Origin: Phoronis australis
Lineage: Eukaryota; Animalia; Phoronida
Direction: 5' to 3'
Length of the DNA stretch: 64,000 bases
Assembly: GCA_002633005.1 (NCBI GenBank)
Contig: NMRA01000233.1
Coordinates: 561,728-625,727, forward strand
Both the position numbers and the translations under genes were made by a program. Numbering within the stretch: position 1 is the first letter of the stretch; each line of letters opens with the position of its first letter. The notes beneath the pieces were generated by a model. It worked only from the letters and a program-made list of their open reading frames with translations, made no database searches and was not told the DNA's origin. Positions 25,601 to 37,885 of the stretch are shown one piece after another.

Positions 25601-28600
25601 TCCATGAGTGAAGCACCGAGTGAATTGATCTGGACACTGGCGGAACTATGATGTCGCACTGGGTCGAAGCAAAACATTTGCGTCGTCTGTAAAATAGCAT
25701 GATTACGAAATTTTATTAATTTTCAGAGGGGGGGGGGCATTCCTCGTGACTTCTCCCAAGACGTCTACGCCTGCTTTTGAACAATTAACCCTTTTGCGAA
25801 ATACGATCAAGCAGGGTGGATTTGTGTTCCTCCTCTGTTGTTGCCATACTGATATTTATGATTGATATATGTCCCGAATAATATATAAATGATACGTGCG
25901 TCACAAGCTCGTTACCAGAGATGAAAAGGAGTATTTCCCTGCGGGAATCCTTCTGAGATTTGTGAGACCTTGTGCTGGTCTTCCACATCTGAAAGTTTAA
26001 AGATTTCGCGAGATAAGGATTTCGTCCCAGCTTCCTGCTAGGTTTGGAAACTTGCAAGTCTTCTATTAGCGGTCTTCTAAGAGATAAAAGCAGCAGTATT
26101 CATCTAAATCACNCTGGACACTGGCGGAACTATGATGTCGCACTGGGTCGAAGCAAAACATTTGCGTCGTCTGTAAAATAGCATGATTACGAAATTTTAT
26201 TAATTTTCAGAGGGGGGGGGGCATTCCTCGTGACTTCTCCCAAGACGTCTACACCTGCTTTTGAACAATTAACCCTTTTGCGAAATACGATCAAGCAGGG
26301 TGGATTTGTGTTCCTCCTCTGTTGTTGCCATATTGATATTTATGATTGACATATGTCCCGAATAATATATAAATGATACGTGCGTCACAAGCTCGTTACC
26401 AGAGATGAAAAGGAGTATTTCCCTGCGGGAATCCTTCTGAGATTTGCGAGACCTTGTGTTGGTCTTCCACATCTGAAAGTTTAAAGATTTCGCGAGATAA
26501 GGATTTCGTCCCAGCTTCCTGCTAGGTTTGGAAACTTGCAAGTCTTCTATTAGCGGTCTTCTAAGAGATAAAAGCAGCAGTATTCATCTAAATCACTTTC
26601 TTACCAAGTTACAAAATGTTTCGAATTTGGTGTTTTTAACGATTTGGGCGCATTAAAATGCTTATTTAGCGGTTTTTGCGAAGAATGTTCAAACGTGTTC
26701 CATTTTTTAGGGTAAACTAGGATTATAGAGCATCGTTTTGTTTCAAAGGTTTGAGTTTTCTGGGCATATGTCATGAAGAGGACATTTGATATTAGTCAAC
26801 TGACTAAAGTTAGACCACGTAAAATCACGTGAGCGAAAGTCAAGTGTTTCGGGAGCATGCTTGAGACTTTACGGGGTAGAGTTGAGTAGCTCTCTCGCGC
26901 CCAAAAAAAACTAGTCAAAATCAGGTGTTCTCATCTATATTACCCTGCAAAACCTCCCGTAATCGTGCGAACTCTTGCTTCATTAGCGAGGTCCTAGCGT
27001 TATTGAACTCTAGCCGGAACTAGCGGGACCTGAAGTGATAAACGAATTCACGGTTTCGAGTTGGACATGCGACTGGGATCTCACAAATGTCAAGGAATTG
27101 CAAACACAATTAATATACTTCATATGCATTTATTTCGGTTTAAAAATTTTATTTCTTTTTAATGTGACATTGTAATGAATTTAAATCAATGATATTGTTT
27201 CTTAGTCAGTAAACAACGTAGTTATTGCCATTTGAATTGTGGATACATTTTTGACACACCGTTGGACATGTTTTTTTTTTCTTTGGTCAGTTCTTTCAAC
27301 ACTTGTTCGACACAGGATCGTGGAACAAAGGGCGACTCGATGTAGAAAACAAGTATGAGAACTTCACCTTGCCATACGCGGACAGTGTTCGGTGAGTTTC
27401 TTGATACATCTTTGAATGGGTGAGTTTTCTAAAAAAATTAGAAGTTTGCCAGAAAATTTGTCGTGACTCAGTAAAGATGGTTCAGTTATCAGTACTAACC
27501 ATTCGCGAGACGCCAGCGGCGAGATCACTTATTTTATGCTACTTAAATAGTGGGCGTTGTCGATGATTATCTACACACGTACGGTAATTATCCACTTATT
27601 CAGCACACAATAAGGCGGACAAGTGAAATTCAATTTTGTCACATTTCTTCATAAAAATAAAGATTAAGGAAATTTTAGTTTGGTGCTAGCATAGTTTGCA
27701 GTTTGTAGATATCACAAACTACATTTGGTGAAGTTTCCACTTATTGTAACAAAGTAATCAGCCTTTGACAAATGGAAAAGTGGCAATTTTGTTGTTTCGT
27801 GCGAAGTAGGTAGGGAATTACCGTACCATTCACAAGATTCGCCTAGTCATTTCCAAGAACAGACTGGTTCAAACTCCCCCAAATTGTGGGCGTGTGTTAT
27901 TTCTCCGTGATCTTGCGCTGTGGGTAACTAGTGAAGGTTTCCGCCGAAGCCGGAGCGGCATAGTGTACACACTTACCCCACAGTGGAGGATTCTTACCTA
28001 AGTTTATCGTGGTAAACGTTAGTCGAAAAGATTTGATGAACATCGGAGCATTACGACAACTAACATTAATTTGCAGCAAAATGCTGTTTCAGTCACTTTC
28101 TATTTCCAGTTGAAAACTGAATTAATGAGAAATTCGCATTAAAAACTATTTGAAAAATAATTGTCATTTGAAATAATAATAAAATTATGGTTAAGACATC
28201 AATGTGTCCAATCTACTTATTTTTGCCTGTTTTACGCTTGCTACCTCATTTTTCTTATGACGGAACATAACTTCATACGTAAAAACATCAAAATCCGAAA
28301 AAGTGGGGTAAGGGTGAAATCACTGTTCTGTTTTTGTGATTACGAAAACACCTCGCCACAACACTGTTGACTTTGTGCACGCGCAGCATCATGTGATCAA
28401 GCGACACTTGGGGCTAGAAGGTCATAATGAATTGTTACTGCTTGTTAAAAACAAACACATCAAAACATCAATGGCTGTTCATGCAACAGTTTGTGACGGA
28501 TTTGTAGAGCTTGTCAGATAACGTAATAATGGTTTGGGGAAGAAATGGAACGACATTAGCAACTCTGCCAGAAAACACTCTTTATAAGAAATGAACTTCA

Positions 28601-30841
28601 TTGATTACCTTCAAAGTCTTGTTGTAACAGTTACGATTTTTTGTTTGACAGACACATCTATACGGGGGTTTAAGGACTATGGTTCATGATGGCTCACCAG
28701 TTACTGGACAATTTCTGTGACCATTGTTATAGACTAGATATAATCGTTATGGATAGTTTGTTTGACAGACACGTACGATAGAGCGGAATCAGAACTCTGA
28801 TTTATGACATCCAGCCAGTTACTGAGCTCTTTTAGTAATTATTGTCATAGGCTGATTGTAACTGTTGCGGTTATTTGGTTTAACAGAGACGCATCCTGGA
28901 CATCCGCGCACACCCAGCCTAAAAATGGGGCCTCGAATTTTTTTGCGAATGTGGACTATATACTAAGATTCACGGGGTGCGTTCAGAGCTATGAATTCTC
29001 CATTCGTCGAATATTGGTAGTTCCTGCCTTTTTAGTAGACTTTTGTCTCGTTTTGTACTTTGTTGGGGAGTTTTTGTTTCTCTGAGGCGCACCTTTTTGC
29101 CCACTTCGCCAAATGGGGGTGGTTCGTTTGAGCCCCCGAGCCCCACCCCCTCCCCCTCCTTCCCCTGACTGCGCATGCTGTGGAGTGGATTCAGGACTCT
29201 GCCTCATGATATCCGACGAGTTAGTGTGCAACTTTTAAGTGTTACCGTCAGTTATTTTGTTTGATAGAGACACATCCGATAGAGCGGATTTAGAACTGGT
29301 TCACAATGTCTGACGAGGTATTTCGCAACTTTTTATTGATCGTGGTTACAGACTATTTGTAAAAGTTACAGTTATTTGTTGTTTTTTTTTTTATTGTTAT
29401 TTTTTGACGGAGGCACACCAGACAGAGCATACCAGGACTTGACGAGTCAATGTGCCATTTTTTTACCATGATTGTAGTTTAGTTGCAACATTTACAAATA
29501 TTTTGTCTTACAGAGACACGTCTATGCAGGACTCTAGTTTATGGTTGCTTACCAGTTCCTGTGCCATTTTTGTGACCATTAGTTGCAGCCTACATATATT
29601 TTGTCTTCCAGGGACGCGTCTGTTAAGATACAGAGGGACCTGCCCGTAGATGATTTTTTCGGCTATTTGTCTTCATGGTCCGGTTATCAGTCTTACATCA
29701 AGAACTATCCCCACGACAAAGATTTGCTTGACCGAATGAAACAGAAGTAAGCGTTCTTTTTTGTGTGTATATTTTGCAGAAATAGGCTAGTCGGGAAATA
29801 GCACAGCACGCTCTCATTCTAATTTATTTACCCACAATGCAACTAATGTGTGACGCACTACTTATTCACGCGCAAATGTACAGGATACTCTCGTGTCATT
29901 TATGTAATTCATCATTATAATGCAGACAAACGTGTGTTATTGTGTTTTGAATTGACATCATATCAAAAAAGTTGCATAGAAGGCAAATAACAGTAAAGTA
30001 TTGTTCTTTCCTTGTTAACCAGCTGAGGCCTAATCTTTTGAAAAGTAGGCCAGTGATGCAATCCATTTTTCTACTTCCGCGGCAGAGGAGAGTTGAGGTC
30101 TATTTACGAGTTCTTTAGGTGAAGGTGCTTGATTACAGTAGTTCTCTAAGCTGTTGATAATTTCGTGTTTGTACATTTATCTGTATTCGGTTGTATTTCC
30201 TTTCATTTTACGTTGTGAACTCACAGTCAGTACATTCCGAGTGATTGGTTGAAGTGGCTGTAAGACCGAGCAGTCAGTCAAAGAAACTAACTTTTTATTT
30301 TGGACCACTTACTGCTATAAAACTGACCCCAACTCGGTCCTGACTCGGATGAGAAGTGGTTTCACGGGTAATGAAAAAACTGACGATTCGTTGTTGCTCG
30401 AAACCATTCTCGACACATAAAATGACCCGCTGTGACAAGCTGGCTTGTAGAGCCCGATCTCAACCGTCAATACTTAAGGTGTCGGTTTCCAAGCCTAGAA
30501 CCACTAAGCATCTGAGTTAGGAACAACTTTTAACTAACCCGCGTTATGTGTACGGCAGGCGGATAAATAACTGAAACAGGATTCACGTATATAACCGTTT
30601 CATTGCCGTTATGATGCTAGTTGAACAAGTAAGTCAATCGAATGAAAGAAAATGATATCTTTTGTGTCAACAGTATCAACTTTGGTTTCTAGCTCATGTA
30701 CAACCACTGAAAACAACAGGAGCTCTACCAAGAGACCTTCCTTTTTTCAGCATGCTGTCAATAGTCAGGAAAGACGCTGGGGAAGACGTAATCTTTCACG
30801 TGACTCATGACATTACAATTTTAATGGGGAGGAAGCCTTGA
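22607..30841 (+). CDS. Class I SAM-dependent methyltransferase (Methyltransf_11-type, DDB_G0268948/Crg1-like), 273 aa; join(22607..22720,24066..24232,25208..25421,27291..27391,29612..29746,30751..30841)
   Basis: Six phase-compatible GT-AG exons (822 nt): MTSLLFTGSKHASLYSKYRPSYPKKL; motif I AVDVGCGSGQFT; VLALDVSESQI; AENIPVEPETVDLVTVGQALHWFDLDRFYKEVHRVLRPGGVLA; GYLSSWSGYQSY; ILMGRKP*. An acceptor at 22582-22583 implies an upstream 5'UTR exon. Confidence 0.92.
22966..23555 (+). mobile_element. 5'-truncated non-LTR retrotransposon (RTE-X-like ORF2 C-terminus) in methyltransferase intron 1
   Basis: Frameshifted LTRLRCSNHLLLVERGRH...RLCELCN...VEDEYHIVLVCSAYQDRR zinc-knuckle region; AATAAA-type tail; 15-bp TSD ataaagaag(t/c)attca at 22951-22965 and 23556-23570. 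Clade name is from recall. Confidence 0.85.
28320..28615 (+). repeat. Interspersed repeat, copy 2 (diverged direct copy of 22000-22295)
   Basis: Same ordered blocks as 22000-22295. Confidence 0.7.
28620..29625 (+). repeat. Degenerate ~100-120-bp tandem repeats of the intron 4/exon 5 boundary of the methyltransferase
   Basis: Recurring tttgtttgacag|(a)gacac.tc units with junctions near 28651, 28768, 28886, 29267, 29410 and 29513; the real acceptor is at 29611 (ttttgtcttccag|ggacgcgtct). Confidence 0.7.
28901..29177. mobile_element. MITE-like insertion interrupting the repeat array
   Basis: catccgcgca...tgcgcatg imperfect termini with G/C-run subterminal motif; it lengthens one array unit by ~280 bp. 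Confidence 0.5.
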
Positions 30842-33018
30842 CGGTGCTGAGGAACTGTTGGTTTATCTTGTCAGTGATTTGAAGACAATGCATAAACCAA
30901 ACTAAGCGCACTTTGGACGTGCGTCATACTCTCATAGAGGCTATTCATGCTTGACTTGCAATCAGTTCCGGAAGTTCTTAATGGAATCGTTTTTAATATT
31001 TATTAGTTATTGCAATTCGGGAGCGGTCGGTAATTCGTGGCGAACCTTTTGAACTGCTAAATAAATTCCTGGATTGTCTGTGTCTTTAACAAATTTATAG
31101 TCCAATTTCCAGGCTCCCAACTGACTCGAAATCGATTTTTACATTTTCTTGTGCATTTTTTACTCATTCGGTAATTTGAGAATTCTTGATTTGACCACTA
31201 ATCAGTTACAAATATTTCACGAATCACAAGAATACACACTGAAGCGTGGACGAAGTAAGGAAGGTCAAGGTAACTTTAAATAGTAGCTGTTCAATACGAG
31301 ATGCAGGAGGTATTTTCATTGTTTCTGGCGGACAACATCGCCGCGTAGTGGCCCGAAGTATTATCAGTTATTTTTTCAGGCGAAATGAAAATCAATACAC
31401 GTCTTTCGTTTTTAGCGATTCCTGGCCTTAACTCTAGGTAACGCGGCAGCTACCTGTTTAAGCAGAACACCAGATTCATGAACAAGTTGTGATTCAGATA
31501 AGTCCACCGTGTTTACTTGCAGATTTCGTTTTCTGTCAATCTTGGATTGCAGTGCAGTGACAATAGCAACCTGCTGCGATTTCAGGTAGCCTTCAACACC
31601 CCAGATTTGCAAAATCTCTCATTGAGTGGTAGCTGTCTTGAGACACGCTTGTGGAATCTGTTGTTGTAAATTTGCTTTCAGAATATACTGTTGACTCGTG
31701 TCGAGCAGAAACAGGGAAGTGTTCTCGCTGGTTCCCTACGTGCCTAGCCTAGCTGGCTACCACCTAGCGACACGCAGTGAACCAGCGAGGGAAGTGTTCT
31801 GAGATCCGATGAAACTCTTAAATCAGGTGGTAAAATATATTTTTGGCAATAAAGTTTAATAGATAAGGCTTAGTAGCATATTTTTTTCTCAAACTTTTTA
31901 CTCAATATAATAAGTACGGATCAGATCACACAATTACATTGTCCTCACAGCAGTGAATAAAATAACTTTTTTGTTTAGTCACGGATCAGTTAAGGTCAAC
32001 TTATGAACGTTGCTACCGTTATGATTCATTTGTTGTAAACAAAAAAGGTCAATACCTTGCCAGCGTTCTGTAAATTCATCATTATAGATCGTCTAATTAC
32101 CACTTGACCACCACTCGGTGGTTTTATACTTCGATAGCCAACCCGCGCCAGAAGCCCCGTTAGGTCACCCCCACCCCCAGACCGTAAACATCCGCCTATT
32201 GAACATTGTTGAAAGATCCCCTATTGCGAATTATGTGTGGTCGGGACTTAAGTTATCAACTGCCCATTTAAGTGAATATGAAAATTGAGCCATTTTCCCC
32301 GTCCTCAGTGAAGTGGAACTTACATTTCATCGTTTGCACACAAGCTCCCAGATTCTGTAATAATTCTAGGTCAGCGTTTGCTTTTTGTAAATGTTGAACA
32401 ATTCCCTAACCAAACCTACCTTCATCCACTTCTGTCCTTTTAAGTTCAATCAACTTTTCTTCCCAACACTCTCCGATTTTATATTTAACTTCGAGTGCCT
32501 CATAAATGTGTGGGCGCACGCGGGCATAAAAATGAAAGTACTTAACTTCGCAGAATCAAGTGTTCTTGGGTCAGTTTATATGAAGGCTGATACGACTACT
32601 AGTCCTCGGAGACGTATTCGTAAGCAAAACAATGAACTGTACTTGGTTTTCGCAAACGAAGGGGCCCCAACCACAATGAAAAATGACCGCGTGAATAGGG
32701 GGTCTACCTCGTTTTTTCTTTGAGTTGTCTGAGGGGAGGGGGACATCCCGCGTTTTTGATGAATGGGCTTCACAGCACCCGACGACAAAGTGTCGACTTG
32801 ATTGTATGTGAAGAGTGCAACTATATGTGTATATGCGGGTGAACTGGTGAAGCAAGGTTTTTTGACACAGCCTGGTATATGTAGATTTAAAACGAAGTCA
32901 TGAACACTCCATTCTTGAAAACATGTTCGTATTATAAACCTTTGGAGACATTGAAAAAGTTGACAGTGAAGAAAGACTTTTACTGAGCAATACATACACT
33001 CATCTAATGTTCTAAAGT

Positions 33019-33640
33019 TTATTTCACGAGACGAGTCTTTGTCTCTGCGAATTTATAGATAATATCTTCAAAGTAAATGGATTCAAATGCTTCTTTCCCA
33101 GTTGACAGAATGTCGAGGCCTGTTAAGGCATCATGACTCTTCAGTTTGCTGAAATATGTTTGCAAGTTGCCACTGAGACAGGCATGGTCAACAATAACTG
33201 CAACGCAGTTCTCAGGTTTGGAAACAAATCCTTTCCACTTTGTGTGGTGGCCTTCGGAAGCTCATCTGTTGTTGAAAACTTGTATGTGTACAGTTGTTTC
33301 TTGAGGAGCGATCGGCAGTCGATAGTTTCTTCACTAAGTAAGCTGCCGTTGAAATCCCCTTCAAATGCAGTACCAAATCGGCAGATCGTTGCAACAGACA
33401 TGATTCCAAGCAGCCAAACATAAGTGACCAGCAAGAGGAAGCCGAGCTGAGAGTTCAGTGTTTGAGTCGAGTTTTTGCGTTCTTGAAGTTCAATTGCCAA
33501 CGTTTCTATTGCAAGCTTCACCACGCTGACAATTTCATCTGACACGGATAGTCTCTCAGTCTACAGCTTCCTCCCAAGTTGTGTTTCAGTTACGCATCAT
33601 ATGCCTCAGTCTCTGTGGACCTTTTGGAGACCTTAATTGA
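33019..33640 (-). mobile_element. hAT transposase relic, C-terminal part with dimerization domain
   Basis: IETLAIELQERKNSTQTLNSQLGFLL...KDLFPNLRTALQLLLTMPVSVATC, then after a frameshift FSKLK...LTGLDILSTGKEAFESIYFEDIIYKFAETK*; matches the hAT PVSVASCERSFSKLK...LxGLAILSIE...IIxxFA pattern. Confidence 0.85.
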
Positions 33641-36600
33641 TATAAAGAACTGTTCTTACTGTTGTATTAGACAAAAAGTGTCCAGACAGAACACATTACT
33701 ATTGAAGTGATGTTTTACTGTGGTACTAGACAAAACGAGTCCATTTGACACAGATTGATTTAAAGAACCATACTTTCTGATGTATTGGACAGAAATGACC
33801 ACATACAACAGGTTAGTATCGAAAGTAATGCTTACTGTCGATTTCACAAAAAGTGCCTATTTAGAGCAGATAGCAATAAGGAACCGTTCTTACTGATGCA
33901 TTGGACAAAAATTCTACATACAACACGCTGAAGATTTCACCTGTCATCGATAGTCCGACATCTGGTGCTTTCTCTCCAGACGTATTCACTTTCGCCTCAC
34001 ACTGAAAATTCCAAGCTACCAAACGTTAGTGACTGGAAATGTTTGAGTCCAGTTTCTGCGTTCTTACAATTCTACTGCCAACGTTTCTACCGCAAGCTTC
34101 ACCACGCTGACAGTTTCATCTGTCACAGATAGTCTCTGTCTGTAGATTCTTCCCCAGTTGTGTTTCACTTTTGCATCATACGTCGCTCTGTGGGTCTTTG
34201 GAAGACCTTAAAAGGTCCCTAGATTGATGTAAACAACCGTATTAGACAAAGTTTTCCAGATAGTACAGATGACTATTAAAATGATGTTTACCGTAGTACT
34301 GCACAAAAGGTCTCCATTTAAAATAAATTGATATCAAGCTGAACCATTCGTAATGATGTAGTGTCCACATGCAACAGGTCGGTATTAAAGGCAGTATTTA
34401 CTGTCGTATTGCACTAAAAGTATCCAATTACAACATATTGGTATAAAGAACAGTTATCTGATATATGGAACAAAATGTCTGCATACATCCCACCGACGAT
34501 TTCATCTGTCATAGATAGTCCTACATCTGGTGCTTTCTCTCCAGGGATCTTCGCTTTCGCCTCACATATACGATTCCAAGCAACCAAAGATTATTAACTG
34601 GACGTCTAAGAGGAAGCCAAGCTGAGAGTTCTTTGTTTGAGTCCGGATACTGTGTTCTTGAAGTTCTGTAGCTAACGTGACTTCCGCAAGCTTCACCACG
34701 CTGACGCTTTCATCTGTCACGGACCTTAACACATCTCCCGCTTCCTCATCAGTCGTGTTTCACTTTCGCCTCACATGTCGCACTGTGCGCCTTTTCAGTT
34801 AAGACAGAGTGGCTAGATTGATATAAAGAATTGTTCTTACTGTTGTCTTAGACAAAAAGTGTCCGGATAGATCAGGTTTGCTATTAAAATGATTTTAACT
34901 GTTGCGCTGGAAAAATATGTTTGTGTCCGGTTTCTGCGTTCTTCGAAGTTAAACTGTCAACTTGTCTACTGCAAGCTTCACCATGCTGACGATTTCAACA
35001 GTCACGAATATTCTAACATCTGTTTCCTCACCAGGCCTGTTTCGGTTTCTCTCCACGGTCTCTGTGTGGGCCTTTTGAAGACCACAAAAATGTCTAAATA
35101 AAACACATTGATATAAAAATAATGCTTACTTGTTCCTAGTGTACACATAGCACAAATTACTAAAAATGAGGCGTTGGACAAACATGCCTGCAAAGAACAG
35201 ATTGATACCAGGAATGACGTTAACTGTTGTATTTGACACAACGTGTCCAGATGGAACGGGACTTCTACTATTAAAATGGTGTTTACTGTAGTACTGGAAA
35301 GACGTGCCGTTTAAAACAGATTGATATGAAGAACCATTCTTACTGACTGGTGTATTGGACAAAAAATGTCCACATGTAACACGCAGACGATTTCATCTGT
35401 CATTGATACCCCCACATCTGGTGCTTCCTCTCCAGACGTGCTCGCTTTCGCCTCACACTGAAAATTACTAGCTACCAAACGTTAGTGACTGGGCATGTTT
35501 GAGTCCAGTTTCTGCGTTCTTAAAGTTCTACTGCCAATGTTTCTACCGCAAGCTTCACCACGCTGACAGTTTCATTTGTCACCGATGGTCCCAAAACCTG
35601 CAGATTCTTCTCCTGTTGTGTTTCAGTTTGGCATCATACGTCGCTCTGTGAGCCTTTTGAAGACCTTAAAAGGTCTTTAGATTGATATAAACAACCGTTT
35701 TTACCTGTCGTATTAGACAAAAATTTCCAGATAGAACAGATTAGTATTAAAATGATGTTTATCGTAGTTTTGCTAAAAAGTATCCATTAAAAACAAATTG
35801 AAATAAAGAACCATTCGTACTGATGTATTGGAAAAAATGTTCACATACAACAGGTCGGTAACAACAGGTAATATGCACTGTCGCATTGCAGTAAAAGTAT
35901 CCATTGACAATAGATTGGTATAAAGAACCGTTATCTGATATATGGAACAAAATGTCTGCATACAACCCACCGACGATTTCATCTGTCACAGATAGTCCTA
36001 CATCTGGTGCTTTCTCTCCAGGCATCTTCGCTTTCGCCTCACACATACGATTCCAAGCAACCAAAGATTATTAACTGGACGTCTAATAGGAAGCCAAGCT
36101 GAGAGTTCTTTGTTTGAGTTCGGATACTGCGTTCTTCATGTTCTGCAGCACATCTACTTCCTCATCAGTCGTGTTTCACTTTCGCCTCACACGTCGCTCT
36201 GTTCGCCTTTTCAGTTAAGACAAAGTGGGTAGATTGGTATAAAGAACTGTCTTAGACAAAAAGTGCCCCGATAGATCAGGTTTGCTATTAAAATGATGTT
36301 TACTGTTGTACTGTAAAAATGCGTTTGGCTCCTCGAGTTAAATTGCCAAAGTGTCTACTGCAAGCTTTACCATACTGACGATTTCAACTGTCACGAATAT
36401 TCTAATATCTAATTCCTCACCATGCATGTCTCAGTTTCGCCCACGGTCTCTGTGTGGACCTTTTGAAGACCTCAAAAAATGTCCAAATAGAACACATTAA
36501 TATAAAAATAATGCTCACTTGTTCCTAGTGCCCACTTAGTATAGATTCATATCAAATGATACGTTGGACAAAAATGTCTGCAAAGAACAGATTGATACCA

Positions 36601-37885
36601 GGAATGATGTTAACTGTTGTATTAGACAAAAAGCGTCCAGATAGAACGGGACTACTTTTAAGATGGTGTTTACTGCAGTACTGGAAAAACGGGCCATAAT
36701 TCTTACTGTCTGGTGTATTGCACAGAAAATGTCCACATGCAACACGTTGACGATTTCATCTGTCATTGATAGCTCAATGTCCCACATCTGTTGCTTCCTC
36801 TCTAGTCGTGTTTCCTTTCGTGTTGTACGTTGCTTTGTGGACCTTTTGAACACTTCAAAAAGTGTCCACGTAGAACAGATTTATATAAAAATGGTGCTTA
36901 AGTCATGTTGCACAAAAAGTATCCACTGCAGAATACAAAAAAAATATTCTTACTGTTGTATTAGATAAAAGTATCCACGTAGAACAGATTACTATTCATG
37001 TGGTGTTCACTTTTGTAGTAGACAAAAAGCGTTCATTTAAAACAGCTAGAAGAACCATTCTTACTGAATGACTATTGCACAAAAATGTCCACATGCAACA
37101 TGCTGAAGATTTCATCTCCCCATCTGATCTTTCCTCTCCAGGTGTGTTTCATTGTCGCCTCGCACGACACTTTGTGGATCTTTGGAAAACTTCGAATTGT
37201 CCACATACATGTAGAACAGATTAATTTAAAAATGATATTTACTGTTGTATTTAAGTTGCACAAAAAGTGTCAATACAGAACGGGCTAATATAAAACTATT
37301 GTTACTGTTGGACAAAAACTTGTCCGTGTAGAACATATAAATAAAGAATTATGTTTACTGTGGTAATGCACAGAAAGTGTAATATTTAAAGAGATTTATA
37401 TAAAGAACCATACCTATTGATTAGTATCACAATATTGTCCACATATCGCACGCTGACGATTTCATCTGTCATAGATACTCCCAAATCTGCTGCTTCCTCA
37501 CCAGGCATGTTTCGCTCTCGCCTCACACGTCGCTCTGTGGGCCTTTTGAAAATCTCAAAAAGTGTCCACGAAGACATAGATTGATGTAAAAATGATATTT
37601 TCTGTTGTATTGCACAGTTTTCATCTAAAACAGAATTATACTAAAACCATTCTTACTTATACAGTGGACAAACCAAGAAATGTCCTCCGATTGACAGGAA
37701 AAATGTCTAGTAAAAGAGTAAATGGCAATGTCCGCAAAGAACAGATCAACGTAAATATATTTTTTTTTTTACTTTTGTGCAAGACAAACAAAGTCTACTT
37801 ACAACAGACCATTGTAAAGAATAATGTTAACAGTTGTATTAGACAAAAAGTGTCCAAATAGAACAGATTATCATAAAAACTGGTG
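33430..37885. repeat. Complex satellite: ~58-bp AT-rich monomers alternating with hAT-CDS-derived modules; ~1.4-1.5-kb higher-order duplication
   Basis: Monomer tactgttgtattagacaaaaagtgtccagatagaacagatt... and module acgctgacgatttcatctgtcatagatagtcctacatctggtgctttctctccagg recur; unique anchors repeat at ~34013/35470, 34572/36049 and 35201/36591. Confidence 0.88.

Noticed and set aside
25630-26595. Tandem ~480-bp duplication with twin 90-aa ORFs
   Set aside because: The copies are joined by a single N (26113) and are near-identical, i.e. overlapping contig ends; the ORF has no recognisable motif and is intronic antisense
30820-30841. Possible peroxisomal targeting of the methyltransferase, given its PEX10 neighbour
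   Set aside because: The C-terminus -RKP is not a PTS1 signal, and adjacency is not functional evidence in animals
31412-31700. Minus-strand coiled-coil-like ORF, possibly LINE ORF1 debris
   Set aside because: Short, interrupted by a stop and with no diagnostic motif
33650-37885. Regularly recurring ~58-bp repeats resembling a CRISPR array
   Set aside because: Repeats are degenerate, the 'spacers' are themselves repeated, there are no cas genes and the context is eukaryotic
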